From assembly GCA_049512415.1 (NCBI GenBank), contig JBEKXD010000020.1, positions 732-64,731 on the forward strand: a stretch of DNA of 64,000 bases. The letters run 5' to 3'. A program made the position numbers and the translations under genes. This DNA is from Polyangiaceae bacterium (GTDB lineage Bacteria; Myxococcota_A; Polyangia; Polyangiales; Polyangiaceae). Every line of letters starts with the position of its first letter. Position 1 is the first letter of the stretch. Shown here piece after piece: positions 1 through 9,650 of this stretch. The notes beneath the pieces were generated by a model, which worked only from the letters and a program-made list of their open reading frames with translations, had not been told where the DNA came from and did no database searches.

Positions 1-98
1 CGTCATCGCTCAGCTATCACGCCGTCTACTCCACGACGGCCGTCATGGAAAGCCCCGCTCAGGCCGGCCCGGGCCAAGGGACGCCCGTTCACCCATGA
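1..98 (+). CDS. 3' end of an upstream ORF (partial); possibly another minor pilin of the same operon
   Basis: Frame 3 is open from the window edge to TGA at 96-98 and has mostly G/C third positions. Its stop overlaps the next ATG (ATGA at 95-98), like the other junctions in this operon. Identity cannot be told from 31 residues. Confidence 0.3.
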   Translation, partial: SSLSYHAVYSTTAVMESPAQAGPGQGTPVHP

Positions 99-1429
99 TT
101 CGAAGGCACTCCCACGTCGGATTCACGCTGATCGAGCTCGTGATGGCTCTCACCGCGGGTCTGATCGTCGCCATGGGCATCGTCGCGCTCTCGCGCGAGG
201 CGACCCGCACGTTCCACGAGGAGGTGCGGTCGGCCGCTGCCGAGGCCACCCTTCGCACCGCCGTTGACCGGCTGCGCGCCGACCTCCAGCGCGCCGGTTT
301 CATGAGCACGGCGAACTTCACCACGGACCCCCTGATCGCGAGGTCCTCCACCGGTATCGTTTGCAGTACGTACTGGGCTATCTGCAATCTTGCAGCGGTG
401 CACGTGACCGATAGCGGGTCCGTTCAGCAGACTCCATTGTCAGCGGTTCAGACGCCGGCCCTGGCGCCGGATTACGTCGACATCGCGGGCAACATGACGT
501 CGGTCGAGCAGTTCGAAGTGCAAGCCGTGCTGCCCGTCACCAATGGCCAGAACTGTCAGACGATTCTCCTCTCTCAGAGTTCAGCCACCTACGCGCGCGT
601 CGTGGCGGGGGCCGGGGCCGGCAATACGGCGGCCATCCAAACCGACCTTCAGAACATGTTCGCGCCCGATAGCGCGTCGCAGTTCATCGTGCGCCTCGTC
701 GATGACACGGGCCGCAGCCAGTTTCTCGCGACGTGTCCAGGCAACCCGGCGGGGCTCCAGAACGGTCAGCCCTACGTGAGCGTCTCCTCGGATACGGCTG
801 TCGTGACCGCGAAGATGACCGGGAACGTCGGAGGGGTCTCGGGCTTCGCCGCCGGCCGGGCGTGGGTCAATCCGGTTCAGATCGTGCGCTGGCAGATCAT
901 GCCTGCAACGCTCGAACCTCCGGCGTTCCAGATCGGGCTGGGCGCCCAGTCCCTCGGGGGAGCCGTCGACCCGAACAAGTACGACCTGGTGCGTTGGTAC
1001 TTGGGCATGAATGGCTCCGGCATCGCGAACACGATGGAAGTCGTCGCTGAGTATGCCGTGGACCTCGATTTCGCATTCTCGTTCGAGATGGGAACGGCGG
1101 CCGCGCCGGCGAGCCAGACCTACTGGTTTGAGGACACGGTCCACAAGACGGATTGGGTCGAGTGGTCCAACACCGGCACCCAGGGGGTGCCAGCGACCGC
1201 GATTCCCCAGAGGCTGCGTTCCGTTCGCGTTCGTCTGGCGACGCGGGTAGCCCAAGCCGACCGCTCAGTGAACATTCCAGCCAATGCCGGCAATTTCATC
1301 TACCGGTATTGCCTCAACACGGCCGGCTGCCCGAGCCCGGGTGACCCGAATGCCCCGATGTGGGCGCGCACGCGGACGATCACGACCGAGGTGTCCCTGC
1401 CGAACCTAGCCACGGAATTCTACCCATGA
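95..1429 (+). CDS. pilW: PilW-like type IV pilus minor pilin (prepilin-type N-terminal cleavage/methylation domain)
   Basis: The N-terminus MIRRHSHVGFTLIELVMALTAGLIVAMGIVAL carries the G/FTLIE prepilin motif plus a hydrophobic helix. The gene sits directly before PilX-like and PilY1 genes. At 444 aa it is long for PilW. Confidence 0.75.
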   Translation: MIRRHSHVGFTLIELVMALTAGLIVAMGIVALSREATRTFHEEVRSAAAEATLRTAVDRLRADLQRAGFMSTANFTTDPLIARSSTGIVCSTYWAICNLAAVHVTDSGSVQQTPLSAVQTPALAPDYVDIAGNMTSVEQFEVQAVLPVTNGQNCQTILLSQSSATYARVVAGAGAGNTAAIQTDLQNMFAPDSASQFIVRLVDDTGRSQFLATCPGNPAGLQNGQPYVSVSSDTAVVTAKMTGNVGGVSGFAAGRAWVNPVQIVRWQIMPATLEPPAFQIGLGAQSLGGAVDPNKYDLVRWYLGMNGSGIANTMEVVAEYAVDLDFAFSFEMGTAAAPASQTYWFEDTVHKTDWVEWSNTGTQGVPATAIPQRLRSVRVRLATRVAQADRSVNIPANAGNFIYRYCLNTAGCPSPGDPNAPMWARTRTITTEVSLPNLATEFYP

Positions 1430-2097
1430 GGAAGCGAATGCAAACACGGTGGACCCGACGAGGGCAGGAGGGGGCGGCGATCTTCGTAGTCACGATGATC
1501 CTCTCCGTGCTCGCGTCTGTCGGGATCTATGCGCTGGCGGCTGCGGCCAGCGAGGTGCGGACGAGCGGCAACGAGCGGCAGTCCATGCAGACGCACTACA
1601 TGGCGACCTACGGCATCGTGGGCACCTTGCACGAGATGACCGCGACGACGGCGCAGTTCTATCTCGGGCTCATGCTCACGCAGCCGTCCACGTGCGCGTC
1701 CGTTCCGTCCGTGGACATGTCAGCTCCCCTCGCTACTCCGCAAACCCTGGCGTGCAGGAAACTCGCGTCGACGGAGATCGGTCAGCCCTGGATTAGCTAC
1801 GGGCAGCAGATCACGGTTCCTTACAGTTCGACCACGCCGCTGCTCACGACCATGACCCCTGGCAGTTTTGGGCCGACACCGGTTTCGGGCAACTTCTCGG
1901 TCGAGCTCTCCGAACCGACCCAAGCCGGGGCGGCGGCGCGCTACGCCAAAGACTTAGGCTTTTGCTTCGTCGTGATGACGGCGACTTCGTACGGTACGAC
2001 GCAACCAAGCGTCGTCGGTACGACGTTGCCCGTGGGAATCGGGACGGAGACGCAGCGAGCGCGTCTCGTCGTCGGGCCGATTCAATGCCCGAGGTGA
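1426..2097 (+). CDS. pilX: PilX-like minor pilin / pilus assembly protein
   Basis: The ATG at 1426 overlaps the pilW stop (ATGA). The N-terminal segment RGQEGAAIFVVTMILSVLASVGIYALAAAAS is a PilX_N-like hydrophobic helix. The gene lies between pilW and pilY1. The track ORF start at 1360 lies inside pilW. Confidence 0.6.
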   Translation: MRKRMQTRWTRRGQEGAAIFVVTMILSVLASVGIYALAAAASEVRTSGNERQSMQTHYMATYGIVGTLHEMTATTAQFYLGLMLTQPSTCASVPSVDMSAPLATPQTLACRKLASTEIGQPWISYGQQITVPYSSTTPLLTTMTPGSFGPTPVSGNFSVELSEPTQAGAAARYAKDLGFCFVVMTATSYGTTQPSVVGTTLPVGIGTETQRARLVVGPIQCPR

Positions 2098-2101
2098 GAC
2101 C

Positions 2102-5100
2102 ATGAAAACGTCGACCAGATTCGCCTTCTCGGTGTTCTCCGGGCTCCTCTGCGCGTTGGGCGTGGTTGCAAGCCCCTCGACCGTCTTCGCGCAGCCGGTC
2201 GACGCCAATCCGCCGCTGCCCAACGTGCTCCTGCTGCTCGACAACTCGGGCTCGATGGACCGCATGATCGACGGCACGCTGCCGGAGGACACTCCGGCGA
2301 ATGCGTGCGACTGCAACGCGACGACGGGATCCTGTACGTGGGTCTCGCCGGCTAGTCCCAATCGTTGGGGGCTGATGACGCAGGCGATGACCGGAAACTT
2401 CTCCAATGGATACCACTGCGCGGCGATGCCGCGGACGCCGGGCAGCCTCTTCGCCCAGGAATACCAGATTGGGGGCGTTGCCCCGTACGATATCAACTAC
2501 TATCTACCATTTCACCGCCCCATCGCCGAAGACACCACGACCGCGACGCAGCCGATGGCCTGTGTGTACGCGCCGGGAGCGCTGCCGGGAGCGGCATCCG
2601 GTCAAGGTGTGGGCCCGACGGCTGCAGGGGCTGGCGGCAATGCCACCGACTTCCCGAGTGGCGCGATCGTGACGCACTCCTACGGCGTCCAGAACACGAC
2701 AGCGTGCGCATTTGCTCAAGACGCGAGCGGCGCCCTCGATACCGCCCGGGACCTCATGCGCTTCGGGCTCATGACGTTCGACCAGGACCCAAGCCCGGGA
2801 ATCGGAGTCACGACCGGGGCCAGCCCTCAGGTCCTGAGCCCGCCGTTCAACGGGATGTGGTCGTATTTCCCAGGTTGGAACACGGGTGCCGCGTGCACTT
2901 ACTACGGCAATCCCGCCAGCTGCACCACGCAAGACCTCTTCGCCGTGGGCGCTCGCAATCCGGCGGCTCCCCCGTGGGAGGGGCGCATGATGCTCTTTCC
3001 CTCCACGAACGAAATTACGACCCAAGAGCAAGTCAACAACCAGATTCAGCAGGTCATTCTGGCTACGCGGCCCTACGGCGCGACCCCTCTCGCGGGAATG
3101 ATGGTCGGTGCCAAATACTACTTTTGGACCGATCCGCAGGGGCCGCAACAAACCGACGGATATGTCCAGGGCAAGTGCCGAAACGAATTCATCATCGTGA
3201 TCACGGACGGCGCCCCGAACCTCGACTTACAGCCGTCGTGCAGCGCCGCGGGCAGCCCGCCGGGACACTGCCCCTTCCCTACGCCGGATGTCACCGCCAA
3301 GAGCCTCTATCAGCCGGCAGCGAACTCGAATCAACAGGTGGTCACGTACGTCCTCGGGTTTGCCGTCTCGTCGTTTACGGATCAGGGCACGCTCGTCAAC
3401 TGCTCCAACCTGGTGACCAACGGCACGCTGTCGACGACGTGCAACTCCACGGACCCATCCGTTCAGGCCCTTTATGGCCCCTGCTGCGAGCTGCAGCTCA
3501 TCGCCCTCAGCGGGGGCAGCGGCCACGCCTACTTCGCCGATACGCCGGGCGATCTCAACGCCGCCCTCGGGTCGATCCTCGCCGACATTGCCAAGAACGC
3601 GACGACGCGCACGACGCCGGCGTACTCGCCGGTGACGACGAACGTGGTGGCGAACCCGGATACCCCGGTGACCAACGCCTCTATCTTCCTTGCGTCCTTC
3701 ACGCCGAGCGTGGGGAGCCCGTGGTCCGGCGATGTTCAGCGGCAGCGCTACGAGTGCACATATACCTCCGGCGGGGGCGGAGACGCCGGCGCGGACGCCG
3801 GAGCGAAGTCAGGCTACACGGTGCCGCCTTCGAGTATCGACGTCACCAAGGGCGACGACTTCGCCACGAACCTCAATCAGCCGGGCGCGACGCGCACGTT
3901 CTATGCGTTCATGCCGGACAACTCCCTCGGCCCCGCGAACGCTTCGGGCACGATTCGGCCTTACGTCGATCCTGCAGTCGGCGACGGCATCGGTCAGTAC
4001 AAGGCGACGACGATCGTCGGAGCGGCGTTGCCGGTCATCCAGATGATTGGCACGGACGCGCTCGGGGTGACCAATACGTCGTGCGGGTACACTCCGACTG
4101 GCAGCACGACCGTGCAATATCTCTCGGCGGCCGATTGCCGGACCATGCTGCTCGACTACAGCTTTGCGCAGCCCACGTTCACCGGATCGGCCTCGAACTT
4201 TCCGTTCGTCTCGCGATACGGCAACGCCTTTGGAGACGTCTACGACGCGATCCCGATCGCCGTCGGTCCGCCGGGTTCGCTCCTCGGCGATGACGCCTAC
4301 GTCGCCTTTCGCAGCGCGTACTCGACGCGGGAGCAAGACCTCTACGTCGCCACCAACGACGGTCTCTTGCACGCGTTCTGGGCCGACGTGGCTACGAAGA
4401 CGAACAACGAACGTTGGGCGCTCATGCCGCCGGCCGTCATGCCGAATATCTTGAGTTCCTATCCTTCCAGCCACCAGTTCTTGCTCGATGGCTCTCCCAT
4501 CGTCCGGGACGTTCCCTGGACCCGCTCTCAGGGGGGGGACGCCGGCGCGGTTTCTGCCAATTGGCGTACGACGCTCGTAGCGAGCTTCGGCTCGTACCAG
4601 AAGGGCTACTACGCGCTCGACGTGACCAACCCTTGCCCCAACTGTACGACCTCGACGACCTCGCTGCCGCCTGGTTCGCTGTCCAACGTTAACGGGGGGA
4701 TTCCGGACGAGACGGCCCCGCCGATGGGCCCAACGTTTCTGTGGCAGCTGACGACCATGCCGAGCGGCAATGCTCCGCTCTTTGCATCGCAATCGGCCAC
4801 CCCGGCGATCACGTCTGTGGCGATCCTGGACCCAGTGACCAGTATCCAGGAGGAGGTGGGCGTGGCCATTCTGCCGGGTGGCCAGGACCAGGCGCCGTCC
4901 AATTCGGGTCAAGGGTGTCCACGGGCGGTCAACACAGCCGGCTCGACGTACCCGGCGAGCGACGCGACTCCCCTCAACGGGTTCCAGGCGCGAACGTCCG
5001 TGCGCTCGTGGAGCAGCTCGTGTTCGACTCCCGTCGTGGGACGTTCGGTTGCGGTCGTGCGCCTGGACACCGGCGAGATCCTCGCCGTCTTCATGCGCAA

Positions 5101-6076
5101 AGGGGACGTCCCCGCCACCGATACGCTCCTGAGGGCCGCGAAGTCGCGCATCATCGATACGCCCCTGGATTCGCCGATGACTGGAACGCCGATCGTCTAT
5201 CCGAACGATGTGGGCACCGACGCCACCAAGTTCTTCATTGGCGACGCCGACGGCACGGTGTGGCGATTCGACCTGTCCAATCCCGATTTCACGCAATGGA
5301 AGGGCGAGCTTTTTCTCGACCTCTACAACCAGACGGCGGACACCAACGCGAGCGCGGTGACTGACGGGCAGCCCATCCAAGTGAGCCCAGTGCTCTCGGT
5401 CGACCCCGCGGCGCACATCGTCCTGAACATTGCGTCCGGCAGCCAGCAGACCTTCAACACGACCGCCACGAACTTTCTCTATTCGGTGACGGAAGAAGTG
5501 CAAACCGACACGAGCGGCACATCGAGCTTGCGCGCGGTGGTCAACTGGTACCTCGGCCCGAGTGCGAGCACCGTGTGGGCCGCCGGCGAGTGCGTGTCGG
5601 GCCCGATGACCGTCTTCGACGGCGTGCTCTACTTTGCGACGTATGCGGCCCCCGCAGCGAATACTGCCGTGTGCGGTGGGGGGACGGCCAAGCTCTGGGG
5701 TCTCGACTACGTGAATCCGTTGGATCCGAGCGATCTCTCGCAGGGAGGCGTCGCTCGTCTCCTACCGCCGTCCGGCCAAACCCAAACGCTCACGCAATAC
5801 ATCACGCCCGGCTTGATTGACTCGAGCATCGCGGGCAAGGTCATCCCCGGAGTGTCCATCAACGCGACCCCCGCGTGCGCCGACCTCGGCGCTGCGGACG
5901 CTGGGACGGCGAACTCAAGTGGGGTTCCACAAAACTTCACTCCTGGTTCCTATTCGCTCTTCACGCAGATCGGCGCCCAGGGGTCCGGCGGGGCGTCGAC
6001 CAAGCAGATCAATGTCCAGGTTCCCACCCCGTCCAGTCCGACCCTGGTCGATTCGTGGGCTGCGGTGACGGAATGA
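2102..6076 (+). CDS. pilY1: PilY1-like type IV pilus tip-associated adhesin with N-terminal vWA domain
   Basis: It has a signal peptide and a MIDAS-like motif LLLLDNSGSM (nt 2240-2254). The LYVATNDGLLHAFWAD and FFIGDADGTVWRFDL motifs are typical of the PilY1/PilC beta-propeller. A GAGG lies upstream of the ATG. Confidence 0.85.
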   Translation: MKTSTRFAFSVFSGLLCALGVVASPSTVFAQPVDANPPLPNVLLLLDNSGSMDRMIDGTLPEDTPANACDCNATTGSCTWVSPASPNRWGLMTQAMTGNFSNGYHCAAMPRTPGSLFAQEYQIGGVAPYDINYYLPFHRPIAEDTTTATQPMACVYAPGALPGAASGQGVGPTAAGAGGNATDFPSGAIVTHSYGVQNTTACAFAQDASGALDTARDLMRFGLMTFDQDPSPGIGVTTGASPQVLSPPFNGMWSYFPGWNTGAACTYYGNPASCTTQDLFAVGARNPAAPPWEGRMMLFPSTNEITTQEQVNNQIQQVILATRPYGATPLAGMMVGAKYYFWTDPQGPQQTDGYVQGKCRNEFIIVITDGAPNLDLQPSCSAAGSPPGHCPFPTPDVTAKSLYQPAANSNQQVVTYVLGFAVSSFTDQGTLVNCSNLVTNGTLSTTCNSTDPSVQALYGPCCELQLIALSGGSGHAYFADTPGDLNAALGSILADIAKNATTRTTPAYSPVTTNVVANPDTPVTNASIFLASFTPSVGSPWSGDVQRQRYECTYTSGGGGDAGADAGAKSGYTVPPSSIDVTKGDDFATNLNQPGATRTFYAFMPDNSLGPANASGTIRPYVDPAVGDGIGQYKATTIVGAALPVIQMIGTDALGVTNTSCGYTPTGSTTVQYLSAADCRTMLLDYSFAQPTFTGSASNFPFVSRYGNAFGDVYDAIPIAVGPPGSLLGDDAYVAFRSAYSTREQDLYVATNDGLLHAFWADVATKTNNERWALMPPAVMPNILSSYPSSHQFLLDGSPIVRDVPWTRSQGGDAGAVSANWRTTLVASFGSYQKGYYALDVTNPCPNCTTSTTSLPPGSLSNVNGGIPDETAPPMGPTFLWQLTTMPSGNAPLFASQSATPAITSVAILDPVTSIQEEVGVAILPGGQDQAPSNSGQGCPRAVNTAGSTYPASDATPLNGFQARTSVRSWSSSCSTPVVGRSVAVVRLDTGEILAVFMRKGDVPATDTLLRAAKSRIIDTPLDSPMTGTPIVYPNDVGTDATKFFIGDADGTVWRFDLSNPDFTQWKGELFLDLYNQTADTNASAVTDGQPIQVSPVLSVDPAAHIVLNIASGSQQTFNTTATNFLYSVTEEVQTDTSGTSSLRAVVNWYLGPSASTVWAAGECVSGPMTVFDGVLYFATYAAPAANTAVCGGGTAKLWGLDYVNPLDPSDLSQGGVARLLPPSGQTQTLTQYITPGLIDSSIAGKVIPGVSINATPACADLGAADAGTANSSGVPQNFTPGSYSLFTQIGAQGSGGASTKQINVQVPTPSSPTLVDSWAAVTE

Positions 6077-6630
6077 TCGGCACCTCGCGAGTCTGTCGCT
6101 ATCCGGCAGGGAGCGCTGCCCTCCTGCTCGCACTTTCGATCGTCGCCTTCGGAGCGGGCTGTCGCCACGCTCCTGCTCAGACGGACGCACACGAGCATGG
6201 ACCGCCTCCTGCGCAGGCTGCGGCCGTTCCGATCGACCACCTCGCTCCAGGCGAATTGCTCGAAGGGCCGGAGCAGGCCTTTGGAATTGCGCTGCCTCGC
6301 GGGATTGGGGTCGATGGCGCGTTCAGTCGCGTCGTCCACGCGAGCGGCCGAGGGTCCGTGAGTGCCCTGACGAAGTATTTCGAGGCGCGCGTGTCAGGAG
6401 GAGAGTTTCGCGACGGGCCCGAGAGTGCGACCTTCGAGCACGTGCGGTCCCCAACCCGCCCCGACAGGGACTTACGGATTCACATTCGTGCGTGGGGGTC
6501 TGGAGTGACCGTGGAGGTTCGAGACGTGACCCCCCCGCCGACGCCCGACCTACCCAATGAGGCGGCTCGGTGGCGTCAGGTAGGACTCACGCCCGACGGC
6601 AAGCTCGCCGATCCGACGCATCTCGAGTGA
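6073..6630 (+). CDS. small lipoprotein of unknown function, translationally coupled to pilY1
   Basis: The ATG at 6073 overlaps the pilY1 TGA (ATGA). The signal peptide ends in the lipobox LSIVAFGAGC. I recognise no domain. The track start at 5875 is inside pilY1. Confidence 0.6.
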   Translation: MIGTSRVCRYPAGSAALLLALSIVAFGAGCRHAPAQTDAHEHGPPPAQAAAVPIDHLAPGELLEGPEQAFGIALPRGIGVDGAFSRVVHASGRGSVSALTKYFEARVSGGEFRDGPESATFEHVRSPTRPDRDLRIHIRAWGSGVTVEVRDVTPPPTPDLPNEAARWRQVGLTPDGKLADPTHLE

Positions 6631-6657
6631 GCGTCTGGTATAGAAGCAGCCCCGCGC

Positions 6658-8259
6658 GTGCCCGAGCTGCTGCGCGGCGGCATGCAGGACGGCAATCTCA
6701 CATCGACGACGGACCTAGGACGCGCAGGCCGCTCCGCGGGGCGGGGTGGGCTCGCCGTGCTCGGGGCGAAGGTCTTCTTCCTTCTCGTCGGCTTTGCCCA
6801 GCAGCCGCTCTTGCGTCTGGTCGTGGGGCTCCATGATTTCGGAGCCCTCGCGCAGGCGCTCGTCGTAGCCAATACGGTCAATAACGTCGTCGTGGCGAGC
6901 GCGACGCAGGGTGTGAGCCGCGCGGTGGCGGGAGCCGAGGGCACGGAGCACTTCGCGTTTCGGTCCACGCTCAAGGTCCACATTCTCCTTGCGTTTGCCG
7001 TGGCTGGACTCGTTGCCGCAACCGCCCCTCTCTACGCACGTTTCGAGCGCGCCGAGGACGTCGCGCCGCCGCTCGCCGTGCTCGCCGGTGTGGCTTTCTG
7101 CTACGGCGTCTATGCGCCGCTCATCGGCGCCCTCAACGGCACACGGCGGTTCGGCCGGCAGGCGCTGCTCGACGTGACCTTCGCGATTCTTCGGACCGGG
7201 GGGATGCTCGGCGTCGGCTGGGTCTTCGTGCACCGGAGGCAGTCGGGCGTGCTTGGAACGACGGTGGGGTGGCTCGCCGCCTCCGTCCTGATCATCCCCA
7301 TCGCAGCCGGGGCTCTCCCACGATGGGGGCGTCCTTCGACAGCCGCGGTGCCGAGGGCGACTCGGAGCTACTTGGCTGTGCTCGGTCCGATCGCTGGCGC
7401 GCAGCTTTGCACCAATCTCCTGATGCAGATCGATCTCGCTCTGCTCGGACGATTCTTGAGCGAGCGGACCGCCGAGTCGGCCCTCACGGCCGGGGGGGCA
7501 CGCGACGCGGTCAAGGTCTGGATCGCGATCTACAAGGAGTGCCAGACCTACGCGTTCCTGCCGTATCAGCTCCTCTTCAGCGTTACGCTCGTGCTCTTTC
7601 CCATGCTGGCGCGAGCGACCGCGGACGACAATCGTGCGGACGTGCGCGCGTTCGCTGCGCGCGGCGGAAGGCTCGCCGCCATCTTCTGCGGTCTTCTCGT
7701 GTCGGTCATCGTGGCGATCCCCGGTCCGCTTCTGACATTCGCCTACGGTGCGGCCGACGCCGCCCGCGGCGCGGACGTCCTTCGGATCATGGTCCTCGGA
7801 CAAGGTGCTTTCGCGATGCTTGGCGTGGCCACCACTGTGCTCACGGGCATTCGAAGCGAACGGGCCGCGGCGCTCATCACGTTCCTGGCTGTCCTCGTCG
7901 TCGGAGCGGCCTGCTACGCCTTCGTTCCGAGCGCGCCGACGGGGCACTCCCAGCTTCTGCGATCGGCGCAGGCGTCGGCGAGCGCGATGGCCGTGGCGCT
8001 GATCGTGGCGGGCGCGGTCGTTCGAGCCCGCGCAGGAGCGTTCGTGCCCGCGCTCACGATGGTGCGCGCGGGAATCGCGACCATGGTGTGCGCCGCCGCA
8101 GGGATGTTCGTGCCCCCCGTCGGGCGGGTGCTCGTCCCGGGTTTGGCGCTCGGCGTCGTGGCGCTCTACGTGTGCGTGCTGGTTGTCACCCGAGAGCTTG
8201 GCGGAGCGGACCTGGCGGCGGTTCGAATCGTGGCGCGTGGATCAGCGCGACGGCAGTAG
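6658..8259 (+). CDS. polysaccharide biosynthesis / oligosaccharide flippase family membrane protein (Wzx/MOP-like)
   Basis: The protein has about 12-14 hydrophobic segments. The N-terminal pattern GLAVLGAKVFFLLVGFAQQPLL...ATQGVSRAV resembles polysaccharide-biosynthesis (MOP superfamily) proteins. The start is GTG at 6658 or ATG at 6682. Confidence 0.65.
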   Translation: MPELLRGGMQDGNLTSTTDLGRAGRSAGRGGLAVLGAKVFFLLVGFAQQPLLRLVVGLHDFGALAQALVVANTVNNVVVASATQGVSRAVAGAEGTEHFAFRSTLKVHILLAFAVAGLVAATAPLYARFERAEDVAPPLAVLAGVAFCYGVYAPLIGALNGTRRFGRQALLDVTFAILRTGGMLGVGWVFVHRRQSGVLGTTVGWLAASVLIIPIAAGALPRWGRPSTAAVPRATRSYLAVLGPIAGAQLCTNLLMQIDLALLGRFLSERTAESALTAGGARDAVKVWIAIYKECQTYAFLPYQLLFSVTLVLFPMLARATADDNRADVRAFAARGGRLAAIFCGLLVSVIVAIPGPLLTFAYGAADAARGADVLRIMVLGQGAFAMLGVATTVLTGIRSERAAALITFLAVLVVGAACYAFVPSAPTGHSQLLRSAQASASAMAVALIVAGAVVRARAGAFVPALTMVRAGIATMVCAAAGMFVPPVGRVLVPGLALGVVALYVCVLVVTRELGGADLAAVRIVARGSARRQ

Positions 8260-8309
8260 GAAACCGGGCAGCCGCCGTCATTGCGATCGGACGACTTCAT
8301 CGCCACATG

Positions 8310-9614
8310 TCAAAGTTTCAAGACGTTGGCACGGCCCGATCCGCCATGGTCGTGAAGCACATCGCGTGTGTCGACGATGACGCGAGCTTCGTCGAGCATT
8401 CGCCGGTAGTCGATCGCGGCGTGATGCGTGACGATCACCACCGCATCGTAGGGAGCGAAGCTCGACGACGGGTCGACCGAACGCATCTTGACGTCGTGCT
8501 CGTCGACCGCGCGAACGTGCGGGTCCATGTACGCAACCTCGGCTCCCATTCTGCGGAGCTGGAGGATGATCTCGAAGGCGGGGGACTCGCGCACGTCGCT
8601 GACGTTGGCCTTGTACGCCACGCCTGCGACGAGCAATAAGGATCCATTGACCGCCTTGCGGTCGCGATTGAGGGCTTCGACGACCCGGCCGACCACGTGC
8701 ATCGGCATCGCGCTGTTGATGGCATCCGCGAGCTCGATGAACTGGGCCTGAACGTTGAGAGACCTCAGTCGCCACGACAGATAGAGCGGATCGATCGGGA
8801 TGCAGTGGCCACCGAGTCCCGGCCCCGGATAAAATGGCATGAAGCCGAAAGGCTTCGACGCCGCAGCCCGAATCACCTCCCAGACGTCGACGCCTAGGTG
8901 ATGGCACATGACCGCGAACTCATTCACGAGCCCGATATTCACGGCGCGGAACGTGTTCTCGAGGAGCTTGACCATCTCGGCGGCGTCCGTGCTCGAAACC
9001 GGCACCACGGTGTCGATCACTTTCGAATACAGAGCCTTGGCGACTTCCAAGCATGCGGGCGTCCTTCCGCCGATGACCTTCGGTGTGTTTCGCGTCCCGA
9101 AGCGCGTATTGCCAGGGTCGACTCGCTCCGGCGAAAACGCGACGAAGATGTCGCGACCGACGGTGCCCGTTTCGGAGAGGCGAGGGCAGACGAGCTCCCG
9201 TGTCGTGCCTGGGTAGGTCGTCGACTCGAGCACGACGAGCATACCGGCGTGCTGATGCGCGACGATATCGTCGGTGGCCGAGACGATAAACCGCATGTCC
9301 GGCTCCTTCGTCTTGTTGAGCGGCGTCGGGACGCACACGACGACGACATCCGCGTGCTCCAATGCGCTCGCTTGGGTCGTGGCATCGAGGAGTCGACCTT
9401 GGACGAGAGGCGCCAACTCGGCGGACGCGATGTCGCCTATGTAGGACTCGCCCGCGTTGAGCCGGCGGACCTTCTCCGGGTCCTTGTCGTAGCCGGTCAC
9501 GTGGTAGCCGGCGCGAGCGAACTCGACGACGAGTGGCAGCCCTACGTAACCGATGCCTATGACGACGATGCGAGCGGTCTTGGCCTCGATTTTGTCGATG
9601 AGCTGCGAGGGCAT
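8310..9614 (-). CDS. nucleotide-sugar dehydrogenase (UDP-glucose/GDP-mannose/UDP-ManNAc dehydrogenase family)
   Basis: It has the Rossmann motif IVVIGIGYVGLPLVVEFA and the catalytic-Cys motif GLGGHCIPIDPLYL. The length of 434 aa is typical. The substrate cannot be assigned by eye. Confidence 0.9.
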   Translation of the reverse strand: MPSQLIDKIEAKTARIVVIGIGYVGLPLVVEFARAGYHVTGYDKDPEKVRRLNAGESYIGDIASAELAPLVQGRLLDATTQASALEHADVVVVCVPTPLNKTKEPDMRFIVSATDDIVAHQHAGMLVVLESTTYPGTTRELVCPRLSETGTVGRDIFVAFSPERVDPGNTRFGTRNTPKVIGGRTPACLEVAKALYSKVIDTVVPVSSTDAAEMVKLLENTFRAVNIGLVNEFAVMCHHLGVDVWEVIRAAASKPFGFMPFYPGPGLGGHCIPIDPLYLSWRLRSLNVQAQFIELADAINSAMPMHVVGRVVEALNRDRKAVNGSLLLVAGVAYKANVSDVRESPAFEIILQLRRMGAEVAYMDPHVRAVDEHDVKMRSVDPSSSFAPYDAVVIVTHHAAIDYRRMLDEARVIVDTRDVLHDHGGSGRANVLKL

Positions 9615-9650
9615 GCTGCGGATGGTAGTCCCTCGGCGAGTGCGTGCGCT

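Noticed and set aside
3809-5503. Long antisense or alternate-frame ORFs in the supplied track. Examples are 3809-5503(-), 2365-4293(+), 8898-10331(+), 10486-11994(-), 31438-33522(+), 33830-35311(+), 39786-40841(-), 45934-47391(-), 49012-50127(-), 52025-53674(+) and 54319-56112(-).
   Set aside because: Their products are Arg/Pro/Gly/Ala-rich with no motifs. They fully overlap ORFs that have clear family signatures and proper G/C third-position bias. This is the usual stop-codon-poor artefact of GC-rich DNA.
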